Below are positions 54,904 to 63,691 of a stretch of DNA of 64,000 bases, piece by piece. Numbering within the stretch: position 1 is the stretch's first letter; the number at the start of each line of letters is the position of its first letter. Made by a program: the position numbers and the translations under genes. Location of the stretch: assembly GCA_963755795.1 (NCBI GenBank), contig CAVWLI010000017.1, positions 25,262 through 89,261 on the forward strand, in the 5' to 3' direction. The notes beneath the pieces are model-generated. The model saw only the letters and a program-made list of their open reading frames with translations, did no database searches and was not told the origin of the DNA. The stretch is from an uncultured Acidobacteriota bacterium. GTDB taxonomy: Bacteria > Acidobacteriota > Terriglobia > Terriglobales > Acidobacteriaceae.

Positions 54904-56238
54904 ATGGAATCTGGCTCACGGGCGGGCTCCCACCGCGCACAAAGTTCCGGTCCGCTCGCGCCTGCGAGCATCCGGACTTCACCGGCGTGGGCCTCGCCGG
55001 CATGGATCGCCGCGATCGCGCTGCTGGTGCGCGTCGGATGGATCGTGATGGGACACACCTACCGGTTCAAGAACACGGACGACAACTTTGGCTTCGGGTG
55101 GGAAATGGGGCGTATCGCGGCGTCTCTGGCTTCGGGGCACGGCTTCAGCAATCCGTTTGGTCCCTCGACGGGGCCGACGGCGTGGGAGCCTCCGCTGTAC
55201 CCCTATCTGACGGCGGGGGTGTTTCTTGTTTTTGGGGTTTATTCCAAGGCGTCGGCGTTTGTGCTACTGGCTTTGAATAGCATTTTTTCGGCGCTGACCT
55301 GCATTCCGATTTTTCTGATTGCACGGCGGATCTTTTCGGAGAAAGTCGCGGTGGGTTCGGCGTGGGCCTGGGCATTGCTGCCGAACATTATCTTTTGGTG
55401 CACGCGCGCGATTTGGGAAACGAGTCTGGCGGCGCTGCTGCTGACTACGATTTTCTGGCTGGCGCTGACGCTGGAAGATCGCGAGGGCTGGTTACCCTGG
55501 TTTCAGTTCGGGCTGCTGTGGGGCGTCACGACCTTGAGCAGCACTTCCCTGTTGTCGTTTCTGCCGGCTGCGGGATTGTGGGCGTGGTACCAACGGGCGC
55601 GGCGCGGTAAGCCTTCGTTCGCCGGAGTGGTGCTGGCATCGGTGGTTTTCTTGGCCTGCATCGCGCCGTGGCTGGTGCGAAACTATCAGACGTTCGGCAA
55701 ATTTATTTTCATGCGCGACAACTTCGGCGCAGAACTGCGGCTGGGAAACGGCAACGGCGCCGACGGCACATTGATGCTGTATTTGGACGCGACCCACGAT
55801 CCCTACGCGATGCGGCAATTTCAGGCGATGGGAGAATTGCCTTATATCGCGATGCGCAAGCGGCAGGCGCTCGACTATATCCGCGCGGACTATGGACGAT
55901 TCGCGATACTGTGCGTACGGCGATTCGTCTATTTCTGGGCAGGTCCGCCGAAAGATACGCAGCCGGAGTGGATCGGCACGGCGAAAAATTCGCTGTTCCT
56001 GGCGTGGTCGGTGCTCACGTTCTGGGGATTGGGCAGGGCTCTACGCCTGCGAAAACCGGGCGCCTGCCTGCTGTTCTGGCTGTTTCTACTGTATCCGGCG
56101 GTGTACTACTTTGTGTATTGCATTCCGCGCTATCGGCATCCCATTGAGCCGGAGATGGCGATTCTGGCGATGTTCGTGGTCACCGAGGCAGGAAAAAAGG
56201 TCGTGCCTGGAAGCTCTCTGAAGCAAAACTTTTCTTAG
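54904..56238 (+). CDS. Polytopic membrane glycosyltransferase, GT39/ArnT/PMT-like (GT-C fold)
   Basis: ORF 54790..56238 with the first ATG at 54904. It has 10 or more TM segments and the typical early loop HTYRFKNTDDNFGFGWEMGRIAASLASGHGFSNPF. The family call is from overall pattern only. Confidence 0.65.
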   Translation: MESGSRAGSHRAQSSGPLAPASIRTSPAWASPAWIAAIALLVRVGWIVMGHTYRFKNTDDNFGFGWEMGRIAASLASGHGFSNPFGPSTGPTAWEPPLYPYLTAGVFLVFGVYSKASAFVLLALNSIFSALTCIPIFLIARRIFSEKVAVGSAWAWALLPNIIFWCTRAIWETSLAALLLTTIFWLALTLEDREGWLPWFQFGLLWGVTTLSSTSLLSFLPAAGLWAWYQRARRGKPSFAGVVLASVVFLACIAPWLVRNYQTFGKFIFMRDNFGAELRLGNGNGADGTLMLYLDATHDPYAMRQFQAMGELPYIAMRKRQALDYIRADYGRFAILCVRRFVYFWAGPPKDTQPEWIGTAKNSLFLAWSVLTFWGLGRALRLRKPGACLLFWLFLLYPAVYYFVYCIPRYRHPIEPEMAILAMFVVTEAGKKVVPGSSLKQNFS

Positions 56239-56297
56239 GGCCAACATCTCACCAATTCCATTTGTTGACGTCTAACCCTTCAAAAACGGAGGGAATC

Positions 56298-57176
56298 ATG
56301 AACCGCCATCGCCATTCTGCCAACTGGTTTGGAACTATCCTGGGAACCGTTTGCGCCTTGCTCGCGCTTGCGCTCGGAGCGCAGGCCTCAGATCACGGCG
56401 GCGCGTTGACCGAGGAGTTCCATCAGACCTACGCCATTACAGCTGATGGCCGCGTTGAACTCGACAACATCAACGGCGACGTGCACATCTCCAGTTGGGA
56501 CCGGAACGAAGTGAAAGTGGACGCGGTGAAGTACGCTGACACGAAAGAGCGGCTGGATGAGGCAAAGATCGAGATTAACGCAACCGCGGATACGATCTCG
56601 ATTCGAACTAAGTATCCCGACCACGACCACACCTGGAATTGGGGCTCGCACAATAATCCTGCCGGCGTTGAGTACACGTTGACCGTTCCGCGCACGGTCC
56701 GGCTGGATGAAATCAAGCTGATCAACGGAGCGCTCGACGTGACAGGGGTGAGCGGAGAGGTGAACGCCTCCCTCATTAACGGGCGGCTCGATGCGCACAA
56801 TCTGGCTGGACGCGCGCGGTTGTCGACGATCAATGGGAAGCTCGATGCGCGGTTCGACGAGTTGGCCGGAAAATCGGTGGAGCTGAATTCGGTGAACGGA
56901 TCGGTCGAGTTGACGATCCCTTCTGACTCGAAGGCAGAGCTTGAGGCCAGCACGGTTTCGGGTGGAATCAGCAACGATTTCGGGCTGCACGTGAATCATC
57001 GCCAGTTTGTCGGCCACGATCTGCGCGGAGAGCTGGGCACTGGCGGCACGCGCATCAAGGTGAACAATGTGAATGGCAGGATCGAGATTCATCACGCCGA
57101 GGACGGGCGCACGTTGAGCCCGGTCAAGGACTTGAACCACGGCGACAAGGACGATGACGACGATAGTTCGATCTAG
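56298..57176 (+). CDS. Secreted DUF4097-like beta-strand-repeat protein, acidic C-terminus
   Basis: ORF 56262..57176. The ATG at 56298 follows GGAGGG. Repeated INGxLD/VNGSVE strands (NINGDVHIS, LINGALDV, LINGRLDA, TINGKLDA, SVNGSVEL, NVNGRIEI). Tail sequence HGDKDDDDDSSI. Confidence 0.7.
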   Translation: MNRHRHSANWFGTILGTVCALLALALGAQASDHGGALTEEFHQTYAITADGRVELDNINGDVHISSWDRNEVKVDAVKYADTKERLDEAKIEINATADTISIRTKYPDHDHTWNWGSHNNPAGVEYTLTVPRTVRLDEIKLINGALDVTGVSGEVNASLINGRLDAHNLAGRARLSTINGKLDARFDELAGKSVELNSVNGSVELTIPSDSKAELEASTVSGGISNDFGLHVNHRQFVGHDLRGELGTGGTRIKVNNVNGRIEIHHAEDGRTLSPVKDLNHGDKDDDDDSSI

Positions 57177-57258
57177 GCGTGAGGTAAAGCCCGCCGCGCG
57201 GGCGTCCCGATCGCACAGGCCGCGAGACGCCACCACGACGACCCGGACGGCTACGCTA

Positions 57259-58008
57259 CTAATAAATCGTATAGCCTGGGAGGGGGGTACGCAGATCGGG
57301 CTTTGAGGCCATCAGCAGCAGCGCGCCTTCGCGTTTGAACGCCCGCAGATCGTCAAGGCTGTTGAACGACTTGGTTTTGTAATCGTCGGGAGTGGGCGTG
57401 TCGTCTGGGATCCGGACGGCCTGCACGTCTTCGAAAGCGTGCTTCTTGAAGAGTTCAGCATATTCGGCAGCGGACCGTACGTGCACCGGGACCTTCAGCT
57501 TGTCGACCCACTGCAGTGAATACGGGTTGTCTTTGTAGAGGTTGATCAGGATGAACAACCGGCCCCGTGGGGCCATCACGCGGAACAACTCCATGAGCGC
57601 GCGGTCCTGGTCGGGGTAGTAATAGAACGACTCCACCGACAGGACTTTGTCGAAAAAGTTTTCTTCCCAGGGAATCTGCTGCGCCGATCCCCAGACGTAA
57701 AGAATATTTTCAAAATCTTTTGAGGCTTCGCGGGCCTGGCGGACCATTTCGTCAGCCACGTCGAGGCCGACGACCTGGCCGAATCCTTCCGGGCCCTCGC
57801 CGACCAGGCGGGCTAGCAGGCGCGTGGCCCATCCCGAGCCGCAGCCAAGATCGAGCACGCGCTCGCCGGGACGCAGGTTCATGAGGCGAATCGTCTTCTC
57901 GGTGATGTCGAGATGATGGCGCTCCATCTTCTCGCCTTCGCCAGCCGCGGCCCAGCGGTTGAATTCGTGTTGCAGCTTTTCGTCGGGAGTTTGCGGTTTG
58001 TCCGGCAT
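57259..58008 (-). CDS. Class I SAM-dependent methyltransferase
   Basis: Motif I is VLDLGCGSGWAT. The length and post-I and II blocks are typical. Confidence 0.85.
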   Translation of the reverse strand: MPDKPQTPDEKLQHEFNRWAAAGEGEKMERHHLDITEKTIRLMNLRPGERVLDLGCGSGWATRLLARLVGEGPEGFGQVVGLDVADEMVRQAREASKDFENILYVWGSAQQIPWEENFFDKVLSVESFYYYPDQDRALMELFRVMAPRGRLFILINLYKDNPYSLQWVDKLKVPVHVRSAAEYAELFKKHAFEDVQAVRIPDDTPTPDDYKTKSFNSLDDLRAFKREGALLLMASKPDLRTPLPGYTIY

Positions 58009-58013
58009 GGGTT

Positions 58014-58088
58014 TCCTTCGTGAACCTTCGTGTCCTGTGTGGTTGATTTAGATTCTATAACCCCGAGGGTACGAAGGAGCACGAAGGA
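58014..58088. repeat. 19-nt inverted repeat built from CCTTCGTG units (TCCTTCGTGAACCTTCGTG ... TACGAAGGAGCACGAAGGA)
   Basis: The arms are at 58014-58032 and 58070-58088, with 17 of 19 positions complementary. It lies in the divergent spacer between the methyltransferase and the zinc-ribbon micro-ORF. Confidence 0.9.
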
Positions 58089-58117
58089 CGACGACTTGTG
58101 CTACAGTTTTCTTCCTC

Positions 58118-58288
58118 ATGGCGACACGCCCTAAGAATCCACAACCGGAACCCGACCACGGACCTCTCTATTGCCCGAATTGCGCGGAAGAAGTAAACGA
58201 TCCGCTCACCTGCGGAGATTGTTCTTCGGTCATCTGCCGCCGTTGCGGCACCGCGCTGGAATCGCCCGACGAACTCGGGATCGGATAA
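58118..58288 (+). CDS. 56-aa zinc-ribbon micro-protein (CPNC...CGDC...CRRC), not on the ORF track
   Basis: Hand translation gives MATRPKNPQPEPDHGPLYCPNCAEEVNDPLTCGDCSSVICRRCGTALESPDELGIG*. Its TAA shares one base with the permease ATG (TAATG). Confidence 0.45.
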   Translation: MATRPKNPQPEPDHGPLYCPNCAEEVNDPLTCGDCSSVICRRCGTALESPDELGIG

Positions 58289-59733
58289 TGGAACCCATCC
58301 CGCCCGTGCCTGGCGACGCTCCGTCTTCTGAGTCTAAGCCCACGCTGGTTCGCGGGCTCGGATTGCTCGATTCCGTGCTGCTGCTGGTCAGCGGCGTCAT
58401 CGGATCGTCGATTTTCTTGACCGCGAAAGATATTGCCGGGCCCTTACCGCAGCCCGCGCTGTTTTTGCTGGTATGGGTGCTAGGAGCGCTGATTTCGCTT
58501 TGCGCTTGCTTTGCGTTTGCCGAGTTGGGCTCCATGTTTCCCGACTCGGGCGGGCAGTACATCTATCTGCGCGAGGCCTACGGCGATCTGATCGCGTTTC
58601 TCTACGGCTGGATGCTGTTCAGCGTGGCCAATGGCGGGACCATCGCAGCCCTTTCGGTGGCGTCGGCGGCCTATGTGGGCCAGGTGTTTCCGGTCGTATC
58701 TCAAGATCACGTGGTCGTTGCTTTCGCGGGCATTGTCGTAACCCGCGCCCATTTGTTGGGCCTGTTGCTGATCGCGATTCTCACCTACGTGAATGTCGTG
58801 GGCCTGCGTTGGGGCGCCCTGCTGCAAAATGTTTCCACCTGGACCAAATTTACGGCCATGGCGGCGTTTGTCGTTTTGGGATTCGCTATCGGCAAAGGAC
58901 ATTGGTCGAACTTTCACGCGCACGGCGTTGGCCTGACCATGGGACTCGGGCCGGTTCAGTTGATCTCCGCCCTAGGAGTTGGCATGATCGCGGTGTTCTG
59001 GGCTTACGACGGATGGGTGTACATCACCTGGGTGGCGGGGGAAGTGAAGGAGCCGCGACGCAACGTGCCGCTGGCTATGGTTCTGGGCGTGGTCGTGGTG
59101 GGCGTGATTTACATCGCGATGAATTTGACCTACATGTACGCGCTACCCTTGAAGGAAATCGCCGCACACGAAACCATTGCGCACGCGGCGGCAGCGGCCT
59201 TGTTTTCGCCGCGGGCCGCGGTGTGGTTGTCGCTCATGATCGCGATTTCGTGCTTCAGCGCGGCGGCCACATGCACGCTTTCGGGTGCGCGGGTTTATCT
59301 CGCCATGGCGCAGGATGGCGTCTTCTTCAAGCGCATGGCGGTGATCCATCCCAAGTGGCGGACGCCGGCGTTCAGCCTGATCGGTCAGGGAGTATGGGCC
59401 GCGGCGCTAACACTCAGCGGGCGCTACGACCAGCTCTACACCTATGTGATCTACGGCATGGTGCTGTCGTACACGCTGACAGTGATTGGCATGTTTTTAT
59501 TGCGCTGGAAGCGGCCGGAGATTCCACGCCCTTACCGGTGCACGGGATATCCGTGGCTGCCCGCGATTTACGTGCTGATCGGAACAGCGTGGACTTTGAA
59601 CACGATCATCACCCGGCCTACCCAGGCGTTTTGGGGAACGGCGATCGTGCTGATCGGCGTACCGTGGTATTTGTATTGGAAACGCAGCAACCGGAAGGCT
59701 GCAATGGAAACCGCGCGTGAAGGGTGCTTATGA
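58288..59733 (+). CDS. APC-superfamily amino acid permease
   Basis: ORF 58171..59733 with the ATG at 58288 (MEPIPPVPGD...LVRGLGLLDSVLLLVSGVIGSSIFL). 12-TM pattern with AELGSMFPDSGGQYIY. Confidence 0.9.
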   Translation: MEPIPPVPGDAPSSESKPTLVRGLGLLDSVLLLVSGVIGSSIFLTAKDIAGPLPQPALFLLVWVLGALISLCACFAFAELGSMFPDSGGQYIYLREAYGDLIAFLYGWMLFSVANGGTIAALSVASAAYVGQVFPVVSQDHVVVAFAGIVVTRAHLLGLLLIAILTYVNVVGLRWGALLQNVSTWTKFTAMAAFVVLGFAIGKGHWSNFHAHGVGLTMGLGPVQLISALGVGMIAVFWAYDGWVYITWVAGEVKEPRRNVPLAMVLGVVVVGVIYIAMNLTYMYALPLKEIAAHETIAHAAAAALFSPRAAVWLSLMIAISCFSAAATCTLSGARVYLAMAQDGVFFKRMAVIHPKWRTPAFSLIGQGVWAAALTLSGRYDQLYTYVIYGMVLSYTLTVIGMFLLRWKRPEIPRPYRCTGYPWLPAIYVLIGTAWTLNTIITRPTQAFWGTAIVLIGVPWYLYWKRSNRKAAMETAREGCL

Positions 59734-60061
59734 CGCTTTGATCAGCATGGGTGTGATCACTTATTTCATTCCATATCTCTATTTGCTCGCAGCCATGATG
59801 AAACTGCAGCGCGAGCCGGCGGGGCCCGACGCAATTTGCGTGCCTGGGGGAACTGTCATTGCTAAGTTGATTGCGACCGTGGGATTTCCGACCACGGAGC
59901 TGACGATTGTGCTATCGCTAATTCCGCAGCCGGATGAGCCGAACAAGCCGCTGGCGCTGTTTAAGATTATGGGTGGGACGGGGGCCCTGGTGCTGGTTGG
60001 GGCTTGGATTTACTGGGCGGGAAAACGGCGAACTGCGCGCGGGCTAAGAGAAATCACGTAG
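59717..60061 (+). pseudogene. C-terminal fragment (last ~3 TM segments) of a second APC-type permease
   Basis: The 114-aa ORF overlaps the end of the intact permease by 17 nt. The sequence GVITYFIPYLYLLAAMMKLQREP...PGGTVIAKLIATVGFPTTELTIVLSLIP...GALVLVGAWIYWAGKRR looks like a permease C-terminus with no N-terminal 9 TM segments. Confidence 0.5.
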
Positions 60062-60134
60062 CCACGAACGCATTCGTCCGGGTTTCGTGGGTTTCCGACG
60101 CGCGGGCGGACGAATGCGTCCGCCGCCACGCGAG

Positions 60135-61331
60135 TTAAGTTGGGGTCGCAGTTTTTCTCGGGGGCTTGAAAAACGGCAGGTTCGTCACCTTCACGTTCGT
60201 CTTGAGGCGCATGGCCTCGATTGTGATTTCCATTTGCAGCGACGTGCCTCGCTTCGCGTACTCGGTTTCGACGCTGGCCAGCGCGACCAATTTTTTCAGG
60301 ATGGGCGACCAACTCGTGGTGGTGGCCTTGCCGATCTGCTTCTCGCCGGAGTAGACAGGGACGGCGACGCGCGAGGCCTGCGCTGGTGCGGCCGGGGTGA
60401 GGCCGTAACGGTCGTAGAGTTGCTCGATGTCGGTCCAATCGACTTCCAGGCCGACCAGTTGACGGGGCACGCCGTCTTTCGCGTCTTGCTCGAGGGCGCT
60501 TTTACCGATGAAGTTTTCTTTTTCGAGATGGACCATTTTCGCGAAGCCGAGTTCGTAGGGCGAAAACTTCTGCGACGGAATCAGCGCCTTTTTCGAACTG
60601 GTGTAATCGACTTCAATCAGCAGTAGTCCGGCTTCGACGCGGGCGACGTCGAGGGCGAGCATGCCGGCGGCGTGCAGATCGAACTGCTTGCCGGCCTCGG
60701 CGAGAGCATCCCAGACCTTCACGGCCTCATTCCAGGGCATCCAGATTTCATAGCCCAAATCGCCGGTGTAGCCGGTGCGGGAAATGTCGACGGGAACGCC
60801 TGCGATTTTGCCGCGGGTGACACGGAAGTATTTCAGGTTCGCGATGTCAGTTTCGGCAACGGATTTCAGCAGCTTGGCCGAGGTCGGACCTTGCAGGGCA
60901 AGCGCCGCAACTTTTTCGGAAATGTCTTCGACCTGCACGTCCATGTTCAGTCCGTTCTGGCGAAACCAGCGCAGGCTGGGGTCGGCGGCGGTCCAGCGAT
61001 AGACGTTTTCTTCGAGACGCGAGACGGTGCCATCGTCGATGACCTTGCCTTCTTCGTCGCACCAGCAGCAATAAATTACCTGGCCGACTTTAACTTTATT
61101 AACGTCGCGGGTGATAACGCGGTTCACGAGGCGGGTCGCGTCTTTGCCGGTGATCAGATATTTGTAGAGCGGCGAAATATCGATGAGCGCGGCCGCATTG
61201 CGAATGGCGTTGTACTCATGCTCGTGATGAACTTCGTAGACGCTGACGGTGTAATAACCGGACCACTCGCGATAGTTCAGGCTGTGGCAGAGCGGGAAGG
61301 TTCTCTCGTGAAATGCGGTTCCGATGGGCAA
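60135..61331 (-). CDS. Aminomethyltransferase-family protein (GcvT/DmdA-like, folate-binding)
   Basis: Contains AALIDISPLYKYLITGKDATRLVN, GYTGDLGYEIW and a C-terminal barrel region. Confidence 0.85.
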   Translation of the reverse strand: MPIGTAFHERTFPLCHSLNYREWSGYYTVSVYEVHHEHEYNAIRNAAALIDISPLYKYLITGKDATRLVNRVITRDVNKVKVGQVIYCCWCDEEGKVIDDGTVSRLEENVYRWTAADPSLRWFRQNGLNMDVQVEDISEKVAALALQGPTSAKLLKSVAETDIANLKYFRVTRGKIAGVPVDISRTGYTGDLGYEIWMPWNEAVKVWDALAEAGKQFDLHAAGMLALDVARVEAGLLLIEVDYTSSKKALIPSQKFSPYELGFAKMVHLEKENFIGKSALEQDAKDGVPRQLVGLEVDWTDIEQLYDRYGLTPAAPAQASRVAVPVYSGEKQIGKATTTSWSPILKKLVALASVETEYAKRGTSLQMEITIEAMRLKTNVKVTNLPFFKPPRKTATPT

Positions 61332-61438
61332 ATGCTGACCTCGAATTAAGTGACCACGCCGAAACGGATTATATATGCAGATGTGATCGGACGCAGCAAC
61401 AACGAATGCCTTGTGCGTGAGCGCAGCGCGCTACAAGG

Positions 61439-61876
61439 TCATTGCAGCACGACCATTTGATCCTTGATCGCCTCTAAAGTATCTTCGAATCCCTTGAAGA
61501 GATTGGTGCCGCTTTGCGTTTCGATACCGGGCTCGGATGAGAGGGCAGTCAGAGTTGAGCCATTTACCGAAACGTGACCATTCTTCGGCCCGAAGCACTT
61601 GGCAAACCCAAGAACGCTGGCGACCGCAACATCGCCTTTATCTTCCTCGCAAATCATCCGGAGCTCAATCACGACATCATTTTTCCCGTTGTCGCTCAGG
61701 TTGGGCACGAGTTCGTATTTCTTCGAACTCTGGAGAGCCTCCTTGAACGCCGATAGAATCATTGAGCCCGATTTCAAGCTGCAGTTCGTTACTAAGAATA
61801 CGGGTTTCGGCTGGTCGCCGGCGTGCGCGGCAAGCGAGGCAACCACCATAAACAAAGTGACGAGCAACGTTTTCAT
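61439..61876 (-). CDS. Hypothetical secreted protein
   Basis: Signal peptide MKTLLVTLFMVVASLAAHA. 145 aa. No family recognised. Confidence 0.6.
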   Translation of the reverse strand: MKTLLVTLFMVVASLAAHAGDQPKPVFLVTNCSLKSGSMILSAFKEALQSSKKYELVPNLSDNGKNDVVIELRMICEEDKGDVAVASVLGFAKCFGPKNGHVSVNGSTLTALSSEPGIETQSGTNLFKGFEDTLEAIKDQMVVLQ

Positions 61877-62090
61877 TGCGACGGCCTCCTATTCGTTTCT
61901 GCTTCTCAAAGTGGAGCGCGACAATCATACCCGCAATCGGCTAGAATGAGCATCCATATGCGCCGCCTTCTCCAATGGACGGTCCTTCCCAGCGGGCTCT
62001 GATCGTCTCTTCCACCTGCTTCCTTGCGCGAGTATTATTGCGTTTCCCTACAAGCGAACGTTACAGCTGAAAGCTAGGAGCTAAAAGCGA

Positions 62091-63689
62091 ATGGCTGGTT
62101 CCAATTCTTACGACGTAATCGTGATCGGCGGCGGGCACAATGGCCTGGTCAATGCCGCCTATCTGCAGCGCGCGGGCACGAAAGTTCTAGTGCTCGAGCG
62201 GCGACACGTGTTGGGCGGCGCCGCCTGCACGGAAGAGATTGTGCCGGGATTCAAGTTTTCGGTGTGCTCTTATGTCGTGTCACTGCTGCGGCCGGAAATT
62301 ATTCGCGACCTCGATCTTCCCCGCCACGGCCTGGAGATTCTTCCTCTCGATGGCACGTTTACTCCCATGCCCAGCGGCGATTATCTGTGGCGTGTGAACG
62401 ACCACGGCAAGACTCACCGCGAAATCGCCCGCCACTCGCGGGTGGACGCTGAAGCTTACGACGAGTTCGGCAAGGCGATGCAGGCGATGTGCCGGTTCGT
62501 GAAGCCGATCCTGAGTATGGTGCCGCCGGATCCGACCACGCTCGATCCGCGCGAACTGATGAAGTTGCTGTTTATCGGACGGCGATTTCAAGGCATGTCG
62601 AGCTACGACAAATACAATCAAGTCCAGCTGATGACAATGTCGGCTATCGATTTTCTCGATCAATGGTTCGAAACCGACGTGTTGAAGGCGACGATGTCGG
62701 CGTCGGGAATTATTGGAACGTTTCTGGGCGTGCGCTCGCCGGGAACAGCGTACGTGCTGCTGCACCACTACATGGGGGAGATTGACGGCGCGTTTCGCGC
62801 GTGGGGATTTGCCCGCGGCGGCACAGGCGCGATTTCGAATGCGATTGCCGATGCGGCGCGCGAGGCTGGGGTTGAGATCCGCACGAAATCTGGCATTTCG
62901 CAGATCATTGTGAAGAACGGTAAAGCGAAGGGCGTGGTGCTCGCGAACGGTGACGAAATTTACGCGGACGTGGTTTCTTCGAGTGTCGATCCGCGGCTGA
63001 CGTTTACGAAGTTCATTAAAGCGCAGCATCTGCCGGGCGATTTTCTGGAAGACGTGAACCGCTTCAAGTTCCGCGGTTCTTCGGGCAAGGTGAACATGGC
63101 GCTGGACGGGCTGCCGAATTTCAAATGCATGCCCGGACCGGGCGCGCACTTGCGCGGAGCGATCTCGATTTCGCCGTCGGTCGAATATATGGAGCGGGCG
63201 TACGACGACGCGAAGTATGGCAACTTCTCGCGGCATCCCTATATCGACATGGTGATTCCTTCGTTGACCGATCCGTCGGTGGCGCCGCCGGGAAAGCATG
63301 TGCTGTCGTGCTTCGTGCAGTATGCGCCTTACAAGCTGCGTCCCGGCCTTACTTGGGATGATCAGAAGGAAGCGTTTGGCGACACCGTGGTGAACACGAT
63401 TGCCGAGTACGCGCCGAACATCAAAGACATCATTCTTCACAAGCAGGTGATCACGCCGCTTGATCTGGAGCGCGAGTGGGGACTGAGCGAGGGCAACATT
63501 TTTCAGGGTGAGCTTTCCCTGGAACAACTTTTCTTTTTGCGTCCCGTGCCGGGCTGGGCGCAGTACCGCACCCCGATCAAGAATTTGTATATGTGCGGAT
63601 CGGCAACGCATCCGGGCGGCGGGATCATGGGCGCGAACGGACGGCTCGCGGCGCTGGAGATTTTGAAAGACATCAAGGGGGCGGCGTAG
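62091..63689 (+). CDS. FAD/NAD(P)-dependent oxidoreductase, phytoene-desaturase (CrtI)-related
   Basis: Dinucleotide fold YDVIVIGGGHNGLVNAAYLQRAGTKVLVLERRHVLGGAA and a C-terminal MCGSATHPGGGIMG. Confidence 0.85.
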   Translation: MAGSNSYDVIVIGGGHNGLVNAAYLQRAGTKVLVLERRHVLGGAACTEEIVPGFKFSVCSYVVSLLRPEIIRDLDLPRHGLEILPLDGTFTPMPSGDYLWRVNDHGKTHREIARHSRVDAEAYDEFGKAMQAMCRFVKPILSMVPPDPTTLDPRELMKLLFIGRRFQGMSSYDKYNQVQLMTMSAIDFLDQWFETDVLKATMSASGIIGTFLGVRSPGTAYVLLHHYMGEIDGAFRAWGFARGGTGAISNAIADAAREAGVEIRTKSGISQIIVKNGKAKGVVLANGDEIYADVVSSSVDPRLTFTKFIKAQHLPGDFLEDVNRFKFRGSSGKVNMALDGLPNFKCMPGPGAHLRGAISISPSVEYMERAYDDAKYGNFSRHPYIDMVIPSLTDPSVAPPGKHVLSCFVQYAPYKLRPGLTWDDQKEAFGDTVVNTIAEYAPNIKDIILHKQVITPLDLEREWGLSEGNIFQGELSLEQLFFLRPVPGWAQYRTPIKNLYMCGSATHPGGGIMGANGRLAALEILKDIKGAA

Positions 63690-63691
63690 AC

